The position numbers were made by a program, and so were the translations under genes. A DNA stretch of 64,000 nt, taken from Thermoproteota archaeon (GTDB taxonomy: Archaea; Thermoproteota; EX4484-205; JAAOZP01). The stretch covers positions 860-64,859 of the forward strand of contig JBNAVT010000008.1 in the NCBI GenBank assembly GCA_049700215.1. Direction: 5' to 3'. This document shows, one piece after another, positions 7,272-17,393 of the stretch; position 1 is the stretch's first letter; the number at the start of each line of letters is the position of its first letter. Under the pieces are notes generated by a model. That model made no database searches, was not told where the DNA came from, and saw nothing but the letters and a program-made list of their open reading frames with translations.

Positions 7272-10178
7272 TTGTCAAGCAAAACCTTGGAAGAGTCCGA
7301 GTACTCTTTCTTAGAAATCGAGAAAAAGTGGCAGAAGATGTATGAGGAGGAGAAGGTTTTCGAGGCTGAGCCAGACCCCTCTAGGCCAAAGTTCTTCGTA
7401 ACCTTTCCCTTCCCATACATGTCAGGGCCAGTCCACCTTGGAACCGCATACACTTTAACCCGTCTAGACGTTGTGGCAAGGTATAAGCGTAAGAGAGGGT
7501 TCAATGTCCTTTTCCCGTTCGCGTTCCACTGGACTGGGACAACCATAACCGGGATCTCTGACAGGATAAGGCGGGGGGATGAGAAGACTATTGAAATACT
7601 TGAGAAGATGGATGGTGTTCCGAGAGAGGAGATAGAGCGTTTCAAAGACCCGGTCTACCTGGCTAAGTATTATACTGAGAAGAATCGGGCGGCCCTCAAG
7701 GATTACGGTCTGGCTGTAGACTGGCGTAGAGAGTTCCATACTTCCAGCCTAAACCCTGGCTTCAGCACTTTCGTCCAATGGCAATACTTGAAGCTTAAGG
7801 AGAAGGGCTACATTACAAAGGGAGTGCACCCAGTCGTATGGTGTCCGAGAGACAAGAGTTCTACTGGAGACCATGACAGGCTTAGCGGAGAGGGAGTTTT
7901 TCCGGAGAAATTCTATCTTGTCAAATTCAGACTCGGAGACTCTCATTTTGTCGCAGCGACCTTCAGGCCGGAGACGATTTTCGGAGTCACGAATGTTTGG
8001 GTAAATCCTGACGCTCTTTACGCGGAGGCGATGGTAGACGGTGAAAAATGGATTGTTAGTGTTGAGACTCTAGATAAGCTCGCCGACCAGATGAGAACGG
8101 TTCGCAAGATACGTGGGTTCAAGGGTAGGGAGCTCGTAGGCAAGATTGTTGAGGCTGTTTTCACAGGCGTTAGAGTCCCGGTCTTACCGGCTTCATTCGT
8201 GGATCCCTCTCTTGGAACAGGCGTGGTCTACAGTGTTCCAGCGCACGCTCCATATGACTACATGGCTCTCGAAGACTTGAAGAGAAACGAGGCTGTTCTC
8301 AGGGAGTATAGTCTCAATCCGGGTGAAATCCGCTCGATAAAACCAGTGTCAATGATAACAACCGAGAAGTATGGTTCAAACCCTTCTGAGAAGCTGGTGG
8401 AGGAGCTTAAGATAAAGAGCCAGACTGATCCTAAGCTGGAAGAAGCTACAAGCCTAGTTTACAGAGAGGAGTTTCACAAGGGTGTGACGCTCAGCAACTG
8501 CGGCGTGTTTTCAGGCCTCCCCGTCCAGAAGGCTAAAGAACTCGTAATAGAAGAGATGAAGAAAACAGGTGCGGGAGACGAGTTTCTAGAGCTGCCGTCG
8601 CCAGTGGTTTGCAGATGCGGCACCAGGTGCCACGTTAAAATCCTGGAGGACCAGTATCTCTTGAGATACTCTTGGCCTGAATGGAAGGCTAAAGCCTTGA
8701 AAGCGTTAGAAAGAATGGACATATACCCGAAGGAGGTTAGGGAGAACTTCACGTATTTCATAAACTGGTATGACGACTGGGCTTTCACAAGAACCTCTGG
8801 GCTGGGGACACCTGTTCCATGGCTTCCCGGCCATATCGTTGAAACACTGAGCGACTCCACCGTGTACATGGCTTACTACGTTATTTCAAAATACGTTAAC
8901 AACGGGGTGTTGAAGCCTGAAAACCTTACTGAAGAGTTCTACGACTACGTTTTGCTCGGCGTAGGCGCGCCGGAGGAGGTTGAGAAGAAAACAGGCGTAT
9001 CAACAGATTTTCTGAGGAGGCTTAGATACGAGTTTGACTACTGGTACCCGGTTGACCTTAGGAATTCAGGTAAGGATCTTGTCGCAAACCATTTAACATT
9101 CTACATCTTCCACCATGTCGCCATCTTCCCAGAGGGGAAGTGGCCCAGGCAAATATCGGTGAACGGCTTCCTAAGGATAGAGGGGCAGCCCATGCATAAG
9201 TCGAAAGGGGTCTTCATCTCTCTCAGGGACGCTGTTGAAAAATACGGTTCGGATGCGACGAGAATAACCCTACTTCTCTCCGCAGAAGGCTTGGAAGACC
9301 CTAACTGGGAGGGTGAGAAGGCTAGTAAAAACATCGAGCTATTGAGAAGCATCTACGGGTTCATCCTCTCGCTCGCAGGAGAACAAGGATTGGTTCAAAA
9401 CGGCCACATGGAGGATTGGCTGAGAAACTCGGTCAGGAAACGCGTTAAAAAAGTTACGGATGCTCTTGAAAACATGCAGATAAGAGAAGCCACTAGCGAA
9501 GCCCTCTACGGTTTAAGGAACGACCTAAGATGGTACCTGAGAAGGGTTAAGGAGCCTGACGCAGAAGCCTTGAGAGAAGCAGTTGAAACATGGCTAAACC
9601 TGCTATACCCGTTCACGCCGCATCTCGCTGAAGAGTTGTGGAGCAAGCTGGGCGAGAAGAGCCTACTCGCTAACCACCCGTGGCCCAGAGTTGTTGAAGC
9701 AGACGAGAAGCCCCTGCTCGCAGAGAAATACTTAGAGCAGCTCGTAGAGGACACGTATCAAATACTGAAGGCTGTGAAAAAGACTTCGCTGGCGAGGCTG
9801 AGGCTCATAACCGCTGCACAGTGGAAGAACAATGCTTTCAAAGAAATAATTGAAACAGCCGAGACGAATCCCGAGAAAATAAGAGGAATACTCACCCGGC
9901 ACGCAACCGGCGTCAGCAAGGAGGAGCTTGGAAAACTCATAGGCCAAGTGGTGAAGAATCTACCGGCGATGACGGAAGAATACAGGGCCATTATGAAACA
10001 AGTATTAGAGAAAGGCGAGCGGAACATACTGAAGGAGGCGCAACCATTCTTCGAGAAAGAGTTCAAGTGCAAAGTTGAAATACTCAGCGAAAACGAGGCT
10101 CCAAAAGAGGAGCTGGAGAAACTAGTCAGGAAAAAGCCTCCAGCACAGCCAGGCAGACCAATACTATTAATAGAATAA
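7272..10178 (+). CDS. leuS: Leucine--tRNA ligase (archaeal type)
   Basis: PFPYMSGPVHLGT, CP1 motifs TFRPET and GTGVVYSVPAHAPYD, LSDSTVYMAYY, SGKDLV, MHKSKG. Confidence 0.95.
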   Translation: MSSKTLEESEYSFLEIEKKWQKMYEEEKVFEAEPDPSRPKFFVTFPFPYMSGPVHLGTAYTLTRLDVVARYKRKRGFNVLFPFAFHWTGTTITGISDRIRRGDEKTIEILEKMDGVPREEIERFKDPVYLAKYYTEKNRAALKDYGLAVDWRREFHTSSLNPGFSTFVQWQYLKLKEKGYITKGVHPVVWCPRDKSSTGDHDRLSGEGVFPEKFYLVKFRLGDSHFVAATFRPETIFGVTNVWVNPDALYAEAMVDGEKWIVSVETLDKLADQMRTVRKIRGFKGRELVGKIVEAVFTGVRVPVLPASFVDPSLGTGVVYSVPAHAPYDYMALEDLKRNEAVLREYSLNPGEIRSIKPVSMITTEKYGSNPSEKLVEELKIKSQTDPKLEEATSLVYREEFHKGVTLSNCGVFSGLPVQKAKELVIEEMKKTGAGDEFLELPSPVVCRCGTRCHVKILEDQYLLRYSWPEWKAKALKALERMDIYPKEVRENFTYFINWYDDWAFTRTSGLGTPVPWLPGHIVETLSDSTVYMAYYVISKYVNNGVLKPENLTEEFYDYVLLGVGAPEEVEKKTGVSTDFLRRLRYEFDYWYPVDLRNSGKDLVANHLTFYIFHHVAIFPEGKWPRQISVNGFLRIEGQPMHKSKGVFISLRDAVEKYGSDATRITLLLSAEGLEDPNWEGEKASKNIELLRSIYGFILSLAGEQGLVQNGHMEDWLRNSVRKRVKKVTDALENMQIREATSEALYGLRNDLRWYLRRVKEPDAEALREAVETWLNLLYPFTPHLAEELWSKLGEKSLLANHPWPRVVEADEKPLLAEKYLEQLVEDTYQILKAVKKTSLARLRLITAAQWKNNAFKEIIETAETNPEKIRGILTRHATGVSKEELGKLIGQVVKNLPAMTEEYRAIMKQVLEKGERNILKEAQPFFEKEFKCKVEILSENEAPKEELEKLVRKKPPAQPGRPILLIE

Positions 10179-10295
10179 CGCCAGGCCCTCGCAATCAGCA
10201 TCCAACAAATAGTAAACCAATAACCCTCAAGCTTAAGCTCATTAAAGCAACCGGCAACTGAAAAAACTTAATAACCTTCACGAAAAAACACAACC

Positions 10296-10415
10296 GGGCC
10301 CGTCGCCTAACCAGGAAATGGCGGCAGTTTAAAAAAAGAAAAGCCGAGCCCTCTATCACAATGGGAAGAATGTGGGAAAGCTGTAATGATCTGGGTTCAA
10401 ATCCCAGCGGGCCCG
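10296..10415 (+). tRNA. tRNA-Arg-like, most simply anticodon TCT; introns at 30/31 (10328-10348) and about 37/38 (10356-10378)
   Basis: GGGCCCG/CGGGCCC acceptor stem, G73, G18G19A20, T arm CTGGG TTCAAAT CCCAG. The first intron forms a clean BHB (CGGC/GCCG). The anticodon loop has atypical C33. Confidence 0.75.
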
Positions 10416-10601
10416 TTTTCACTTTAGCCTAATTTTCCAGCTTGCTTCGAAAACCTATCGACGCCCTCTGCGACGCTTGGGTTTTTCAACTCCTATTCCT
10501 CTGCTTGCCAGGAATTCGTTCATCATATCTTCGCTTTCAAGCATCATCCCTACTTCAATCATAGCATCCATCCTCCTTAAGACTTACTGATTAACTGCTC
10601 G

Positions 10602-12269
10602 TCACTCAGCAGCATGCTCAGCCTCACCCCTAGCTAGGAATTCGTTCGAACGGTTCTCGAAGGCCTCTGTCAGGGTAAGCATCTCCTCCCTAGCCTTGTC
10701 GGCTTCCGCAACGTCCAAGGCTACTTCGACAAGGTTCGACAGCACACCGAGGCCTAGGAGAAGGTAGTACGCCGGCCTAATATAGGCGTGGGGAATCAGG
10801 AAGCTGATGGCGATCATTACTCCAGCGGTAATCATTATCCCCGGAAGCTTTGTTGCTAAACCGTCCCAGAAGCCCTTCCAAAACATCGTTGCTTTAAGCG
10901 CTAGAGAGACCTTCACCCCAGCGACAACCCTGCCATCCTTAACGAGCTCGAGAACAGCATCTCCGACGGCAGGTTCCTGCTGGACGAGCAGCAGGGAGCT
11001 TGCAGAAGTTTTGTTTAGAGCGACGCTTCCATTCCCCTCTTCAACCTTCGAGAAGAGAAAGAAGAGGCTCATGGTTGTCCTAAGCCTCAGCGAGTAGCTT
11101 ACATTAGTGTTAGCATAGTTTCTCAGTGTTAAGCCGTGAACGAGTTCTCCCTTACTCACCTTCAGCGGATTGTAGAACAGCCTGATGGATTTACACTGAT
11201 CTACAGTTCTATTTGTTACAGCATACTCCCACTCGGTTTCACCGGAGTCGACGAAGATGTTTTTCCCCTTTCTCCATCCGAGTTTCGCAAGCTGCTCATG
11301 CTCCTCAGCTGTGACCCATACTGTTTCATTAGTAACCTTCTCGCCAACAAGCTTTATACTCAAGCTTCTCGGAGCCTTGGTTAGATTCAGCTTCTCGTAG
11401 CGCGCGCCCATCCGCCGCCGTGCCCGATGCGGAATAACGCTTGAAAAACATCCCTCTCAACCCTCAGAGTCGCATTGGCACGGATCCAGTGGCAGTCGAC
11501 CCTCATCCCACCTGAGCCTATGTCGTAGACCTTGCGCTCAAGGGTTCTAAGGCTCAGCGAAACACCGTAGGATGAAAGGTTGAAACGTATCTCTGAGAAA
11601 ACCGGCCCATCAAGACCTGGAAGGTAAACGTTGATAACGTTGTTCTTAAGGTCGCCGTTCAAGTCAAGTATTGCTTTATAAAACCCGCCTGGTTCCCTAC
11701 TGCTATAGGCTACGTCGTAAAGGTCTGAGGTTCTGATCGAGACATTGTAGTACTTTGTAGAAGTCACATTATAGAGTTTAACATGTTTCTTAACTCCTTT
11801 CAGCTCGTAGTAGACCGAGGAGAGGGATGAGTTGCATACCACGGGGATTTCGACATAAACCCCGCCGTCCTCAAGGCCGCGGGTAACACGAAGACTAGCA
11901 TAGTCTATTAAAATGGAAACGCCGTCAGCCTCAATCCTCCTTGGAAGACCTAATCCACCTATTGCTCTAACTATCTCCTTTTCGCCGTAGCCGAGGCTTA
12001 TTAATGGGGCTATCGCCATCCAGATCTCGTTGGCGAGGCTAATGTTCACTCCTTCCGGGATAACGTAGCTCCGCTCTAGAAGCGGGCCTTCGGGAGGAAC
12101 ACCGTTTTCAAGCTGTCTCCTGAGAACCTCAATATCGCCAGTATTCCAGCCATCAAACAGGTACTGGCCTGACTATTGGCTGAAGCAAGAGCCAAGACGG
12201 CTGTATGAAACTCGTGGTTAGTATGAGAAGAGTAAGAAACACCCCCGTAATCTTCCTCTTAACACCCAT
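10602..12269 (-). pseudogene. Fragmented large secreted/membrane protein (signal peptide, beta-rich region, TM hairpin)
   Basis: MGVKRKITGVFLTLLILTTSF signal-like start at 12269; frameshifts near 12170 and 11400; stop at 10602. Confidence 0.65.
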
Positions 12270-12565
12270 GGCTAGGAAACACAGTGGAAAAATGCCTATT
12301 TATAGCATGAAGTAAGCGAAAATTTCCGCTTGCCTTTGGTAAAAAATTTACCGACAGGCGTAAAGCTTCTTTACACAGGATTCCGGCAGAATAGAACTAT
12401 TGTCAACGCCTTGCCTAACCGTTTTAACTCGGCTTAGAAGCAGGTTAAGAACTTGAATGCAGGCTTCCCGCCGGTTTTTAGCGTTCTCAGGGGTTTTTCT
12501 AAGGCTGATAGTTAAGTTTTTTACATGAAAATGCTAAATACTGAGGCTTAGGGCATACCTCGGTC

Positions 12566-13321
12566 ATGAGCAGGTCGCGGATGGAGCAGGTCAAGAAGAA
12601 GATAAACGTGATTTACCTGCTTAAAGTGGTTAAAAGCAGGTATACTTATAATGAGCTGTCCCAGCTCACCGGACTGCCTATCACTGTTCTAGCTAGGTAT
12701 GCTAACGGGAGTGTTCTGCCCTCTGACGAGAGGGCTGACGATCTCTACCGGATTCTTACGGAGAAAATTCCGCTTGAAGAGCTTATTTCAAGCAGGCTTG
12801 CTTTCGACGAGTCTGGATACTTCGATTCTTCACGTGTAATATGGGACGTGAACCTTCTGAGGCTCATCAGCCATAAGGCTGTGATTCCCTTCATGGGGAG
12901 AAAGATAGACAAGGTTATGACGGCTGCTGTAGACGGTATTCCTCTCGCATCGTTTGTTGCTGAGGAGCTTGACGCTGACCTTGTAATAGCTAAAAGGTAT
13001 AAGGAGGTTGGGGTTAAGGATTTTCTTGAAGCCACGTATGTCATAGGCAGCTCCGCTGTTGTAAGCTCTCTGTATATTCCAAAGAATGCTTTGAAGAAGG
13101 ATGACAACGTCCTGATTGTTGATGATGCTATCAGGACTGGGGAGACGGATATTGCTTTAATAAGGCTCGTCGAGAAGGCTAAGGCTAATATAGTGGGCAT
13201 CTTCATACTTATTGCAACCGGTAGAGATTGGAGGGAAAAGCTTCAAAAGAGGACAAACGTGCCCATATACGTTTTCTCAGAGATAAATCCGAAGCCTTTG
13301 GAAGTGGAGCAAAGGAAGTAG
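12566..13321 (+). CDS. HTH + phosphoribosyltransferase (PurR/APRT-like regulator)
   Basis: N-terminal HTH (YTYNELSQLTGLPITVLARY) and PRPP-binding VLIVDDAIRTGET. Confidence 0.9.
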   Translation: MSRSRMEQVKKKINVIYLLKVVKSRYTYNELSQLTGLPITVLARYANGSVLPSDERADDLYRILTEKIPLEELISSRLAFDESGYFDSSRVIWDVNLLRLISHKAVIPFMGRKIDKVMTAAVDGIPLASFVAEELDADLVIAKRYKEVGVKDFLEATYVIGSSAVVSSLYIPKNALKKDDNVLIVDDAIRTGETDIALIRLVEKAKANIVGIFILIATGRDWREKLQKRTNVPIYVFSEINPKPLEVEQRK

Positions 13322-13325
13322 GAGG

Positions 13326-14402
13326 TTGATTCAGTCGAGCTCTCAGTCAACCCTTGAGGCTAAGCTTCTAACGCTTAAGAATAGGAGTATTGAGGAAGCC
13401 CTATCTGTTTTCGAAGCGCTCTCCAGCAAGACGCCTGAATCTCCTATCGTCATGCTGCATAGCAATAAGAGTAAGGTTATCAGTCTAGGGTGTTTTCAGG
13501 TTGCTGACGAGGATTTTCTAACAGGCTTCCTGCGTAAAAAGGGTTTGAAATACTTCTTCAGGCTTCACGGCGGAGACGTGATGCTTCACGATGAAAACCA
13601 GGTTGGAATAGCGTTGATACTGCCTAGGGATGAGAAGTATGGAGAGACCTATGTTTCCCTAGTGAGCCTCCTGATGAAGAGAAACGGCGTTTCAAATATT
13701 CATGTTACAAACGATTCTATCCTGTGTTTCAACAAGGTTCTCGGGGAAGTGATACACGTGGAGAAGAACGGGTTAGCAAGCTGGTTTACATTCATCTATT
13801 TGAAGAGGAATTTTGAGGAAATGGCTGGCTTAAAATTCCCTAAAGAACAGTTAATTAAAGAAAGGGTTAGCAAGCTTAAGGAGAACTACATAGGGTTAGA
13901 TCAGGTTTTAGAGAAACCGCTTTCTGCAGACGCGTTTTTAGAATCGGTTAAGACGGTTTTGACGGATGACTTGGGCTTCAGAGTAAAGGATTTTAGGCTG
14001 GGGCTTGGAGACAAGAAGCTTTTCTGGAAGAACAGGGACATGCTCAAGAAGAACAGTATTTCTGAGGCTGTTCAACTGAGGCATTCCGCGTTGCTGAAGG
14101 AGGAGGGTGTCCTTCTTCTTTCTAAAAGATTGATGAACGGTTTCCTGCGGATGCGGCTTAAAATCAAGGATAAGACGCTTGAGAAGATCAGCATCTCAGG
14201 GAGCTTTATGTTCGAGCCTCCTGGGAAACTTATAGATTTCGAGAAAATGCTGGAGGGCAAGGAGCTTGACGAGACAGTTTTAACCGAGAAGGTTACGGAA
14301 TTCTTTATTAACGAGAAGATTAAAGCCTCCTTCACCGCGTTCGAAATAGTTGAACTACTGTGTAGCGCAGCCGGTGGCTCTAATGAGCATGGAGAACAGT
14401 AG
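13326..14402 (+). CDS. Divergent lipoate-protein ligase A family protein
   Basis: ISLGCFQ, RLHGGDVMLHD, NKVLG and C-terminal ISISGSFMFEP resemble LplA and its C-terminal domain. Confidence 0.65.
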   Translation: MIQSSSQSTLEAKLLTLKNRSIEEALSVFEALSSKTPESPIVMLHSNKSKVISLGCFQVADEDFLTGFLRKKGLKYFFRLHGGDVMLHDENQVGIALILPRDEKYGETYVSLVSLLMKRNGVSNIHVTNDSILCFNKVLGEVIHVEKNGLASWFTFIYLKRNFEEMAGLKFPKEQLIKERVSKLKENYIGLDQVLEKPLSADAFLESVKTVLTDDLGFRVKDFRLGLGDKKLFWKNRDMLKKNSISEAVQLRHSALLKEEGVLLLSKRLMNGFLRMRLKIKDKTLEKISISGSFMFEPPGKLIDFEKMLEGKELDETVLTEKVTEFFINEKIKASFTAFEIVELLCSAAGGSNEHGEQ

Positions 14403-14952
14403 GGAACCCGGGTTTCCAATCGTGGCTGAGAAGAGCCGTGACGAAGTGCATGTTACTGACAGGGATGCTGTTGAGTGGCTTGATTCTAAAGGCTACGGCT
14501 TCAGGTTTAGGGAAGACCTATTAATACTCCGCCCTTTTGAAGCCCTCTACCTTATGAGCCAGAATAAGCTCGTATTATACCACAGGTCTAAACAATTAGT
14601 GTTCAACCAGTATCTTAAGATTCTTGAAAAGACTGATAGCAAGATATGGCTGAGATACTTAATCTATAAGGATCTGAGGGATAAAGGGTATGTTGTTAAA
14701 GACGGCTATGGCTTCGACATAGATTTCAAAGTTTACGAGGCTGGCGACTATGGTTCAAAGCCCGCGAAATACCTTGTATACGGGATTGCTGAGGGAACAC
14801 CCCTCCCTGTCACGAAGCTCTACAATATTCTGCGACACTCCTACTCCCTCCGGAAGACGCTGATAATCGCTACGGTCGACAGGAGGAGTGAAATAGTTTA
14901 TTACATGCTTTCATCCCTGCTTCTCGGGAAAGAGACTAGAGGAGAACAATGA
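14383..14952 (+). CDS. endA: tRNA-splicing endonuclease, probably the structural (beta) subunit
   Basis: LRPFEALYL and YKDLRDKGYVVKDG..FKVY; the catalytic His position is Pro. Confidence 0.85.
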   Translation: MSMENSREPGFPIVAEKSRDEVHVTDRDAVEWLDSKGYGFRFREDLLILRPFEALYLMSQNKLVLYHRSKQLVFNQYLKILEKTDSKIWLRYLIYKDLRDKGYVVKDGYGFDIDFKVYEAGDYGSKPAKYLVYGIAEGTPLPVTKLYNILRHSYSLRKTLIIATVDRRSEIVYYMLSSLLLGKETRGEQ

Positions 14953-16244
14953 GGGGAGATAGTCTTACGTTGAGAGGGATGCGGAACCTGCTGCCGGATG
15001 AGAAGGCAAAGCTGAACAGGATTGAAAGCGAGATAAGAAGGCTTTTCAAAATATATGGTTTCCAGGAGGTTGAAACACCTACAATAGAACCCCTTGAACT
15101 CTTTGAGCTGAAATCCGGAGAGGAGATTAGACACAGGATGTACAGGTTCACGGATCTAGGCGGCAGGGAGGTTGTGTTAAGGCCTGAGGCAACAGCCTCA
15201 ATAGTGAAGCTTGTAGTGCAGGAGATGCGTAGCGCACCGCTTCCGATAAAAATAGGCTACGTGTTGAACGCTTTCAGGTATGATGAGCCGCAGTACGGTA
15301 GATACAGAGAGTTTAAACAAGGTGGCTTCGAAATATTCGGAACCAAGAGCCCGCTGGCGGATGCGGAGATCCTTGAAATCTCTTCGAGGCTGATGGAGGG
15401 TCTTGGGATAAAAGACTACTACATAAAGATAGGGCATGAAGGCGTTTTAAGAGCAGCGTTAACCCATCTGAATGTTGAGGAGAGTGTTCAGGACAGGGTT
15501 TTAGGCTTGATAGACAAGGAGAGGCTCACTGAGGCCTTTGAAATACTCGGCCCTCTCCCAATGGGCGGGGAAGCCGTCAGCATCATTAGGAGCCTCTGGG
15601 AGATTAAAAGCAGGGACCCGGATGAGGCTGTTAGAAAAGCCGGCGAAGTCTTGAAGGATATTCCTGAGGCAGGCGACCAGTTGGAGAACTTGAGGGAGAT
15701 AATAGAGCTTGCTAAAGCAAGTGGGGTCGGCGGGTTTCTCGTCGACATGGGTTTCGCAAGAGGCCTCGACTACTACACTGGAATGATCTTCGAGGTTTAT
15801 GTTAAAAACCTCAAGATCGCGGTCAACGGTGGCGGGAGGTATGATAAGCTGGCGGGCCTTTTGGGCTGGGATATTCCAGCTGTCGGATGCGCACCCGGGA
15901 TAGATCGATTAAGCCTTGCAATGGATGAGGAGACTGTTCCACGGGACAACTTGGTATGCATGATTGTAAGCATGGTTAAGGAGGGCGATATTCTCGCGGC
16001 GAGTCTTGCAGGCATGCTGAGAATGAAGGGGGTTCCCACGCTGGTTGACTACACTAGGAGGGATGTTAGCAAAGCCCTCTCGTATGCTTCGAAGAGAAGC
16101 GTGAAGTATGTTGCGTTAATCGGCGGCAGAGAGGTTGAAGCTAACACTGTAGCGTTGAAAAACATGGAGACGGGGGGTCAGGAGGAGCTTAAAATCGAGC
16201 AGGTTATTGAAAAACTCTCGTCTCACAGCCTTCAGAAGCTTTAA
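14949..16244 (+). CDS. hisS: Histidine--tRNA ligase
   Basis: LRPEATAS, FRYDEPQYGRYREFKQ, RGLDYYTG and GGGRYD motifs. Confidence 0.97.
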   Translation: MRGDSLTLRGMRNLLPDEKAKLNRIESEIRRLFKIYGFQEVETPTIEPLELFELKSGEEIRHRMYRFTDLGGREVVLRPEATASIVKLVVQEMRSAPLPIKIGYVLNAFRYDEPQYGRYREFKQGGFEIFGTKSPLADAEILEISSRLMEGLGIKDYYIKIGHEGVLRAALTHLNVEESVQDRVLGLIDKERLTEAFEILGPLPMGGEAVSIIRSLWEIKSRDPDEAVRKAGEVLKDIPEAGDQLENLREIIELAKASGVGGFLVDMGFARGLDYYTGMIFEVYVKNLKIAVNGGGRYDKLAGLLGWDIPAVGCAPGIDRLSLAMDEETVPRDNLVCMIVSMVKEGDILAASLAGMLRMKGVPTLVDYTRRDVSKALSYASKRSVKYVALIGGREVEANTVALKNMETGGQEELKIEQVIEKLSSHSLQKL

Positions 16245-16247
16245 TTT

Positions 16248-17393
16248 TCACTCTCCAGAGAGGAGGTGGAGGTTCCCTATTCTAACTTTCTCCAAATGTT
16301 TTCTAGCTGCCTCGTAGCACTCGCGCGCCTGCCTCCGGCTGGTCGTAGGAAGGTCATTCATGATGTACTGAGGGTAAAAAGCTAGAAGCGTGTAGGGTAT
16401 CTTTGTGTTAACCCCCGCTATGAATCTCGCGATATTCTCAACCTCAGCCGCGTCCACATATCCTGGAATAAGGAGTGTGCTGGCTGTTAAAACAGGCACC
16501 TCAGGACGCTGCTTGAAAAACCTCTCACCTATTTCTCTAAAATTATCTAATGCGGCTTTATTAGAAACTCCGCATAGTACTTTACTCAGATTCTCATCCC
16601 AAACCTTAAGGTCGAACTTAACAACGCCCCCGCTCTTAAGAGAAAGCTCCGCCGCCTTCAGTGCGGAAGCCTTCGACATGTTTCCATTAGTCTCCCAGCA
16701 TATTCTAAGTATACGTTTCTCCTCCTCAGCTCTTTGAAGGGCAATCCGGCTGGTTTCAAGAGCATGCATCATCTGCGTGGAGGGATCTCCCCCGAAAAAG
16801 CAGATGCATGAAACATTCCGGTTAACCTTAGAAGCGAGCTCCTGGGAGCTTACGAGGGGCTTCAGGCTTTGAGACATCCGTCTGAAATGCCAGTTCTGGC
16901 AGAAAAGACAGTCAAAACTACAGCTGCCATAGAATACGGCGAGATTCGAATATCCTTCCTCGGCACTAGGCTTGTAGGCATACGTAGGGTAGCCTGCACC
17001 CGTGCAGCCTGGGCAGAACCACCATGCGACGCAGTTAGTTGGAAGAGGATCATAATACCATTCTAGCAGCCCCGTCTCCGGGGTTCCGCCGAGCCTGGTT
17101 AAACGGCCGTTGGAATTCAAAACTAGGCCACAGAACCCTTTCTCCCCCGGCTTGATTCTACAATCGTTGGCGCAGACGCCGCAGGGTGAACCGTCAGGAT
17201 CCCTAGGGGGAGCCGGCGGAAGCCCGAAGGCCCTCCTCGTGTCATCGTGGACACGTTTAGCTATTTCAACAGCCTCCTCCGGATTTCTCCTAACGCATTT
17301 TAAACAAACGCCCAGCTGACCAGCTATTAGAGGAGACTCGACTCCGCAAATCAAACACCTTCCCAACACCTTTCCCCTTAATATTTTCTGCAA
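16248..17393 (-). CDS. Radical SAM protein, PFL-activating/AmmeMemoRadiSam-like
   Basis: CSFDCLFC motif, FFGGDP, WETNG, additional N-terminal Cys clusters. Confidence 0.9.
   Translation of the reverse strand: MQKILRGKVLGRCLICGVESPLIAGQLGVCLKCVRRNPEEAVEIAKRVHDDTRRAFGLPPAPPRDPDGSPCGVCANDCRIKPGEKGFCGLVLNSNGRLTRLGGTPETGLLEWYYDPLPTNCVAWWFCPGCTGAGYPTYAYKPSAEEGYSNLAVFYGSCSFDCLFCQNWHFRRMSQSLKPLVSSQELASKVNRNVSCICFFGGDPSTQMMHALETSRIALQRAEEEKRILRICWETNGNMSKASALKAAELSLKSGGVVKFDLKVWDENLSKVLCGVSNKAALDNFREIGERFFKQRPEVPVLTASTLLIPGYVDAAEVENIARFIAGVNTKIPYTLLAFYPQYIMNDLPTTSRRQARECYEAARKHLEKVRIGNLHLLSGE

Noticed and set aside
10349..10380. Re-parsing the Arg-like genes as tRNA-His(GTG), tRNA-Trp(CCA) or tRNA-Pyl
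   Set aside because: The required intron boundaries form no BHB. A20 and G73 fit Arg, and the body lacks tRNA-Pyl features.
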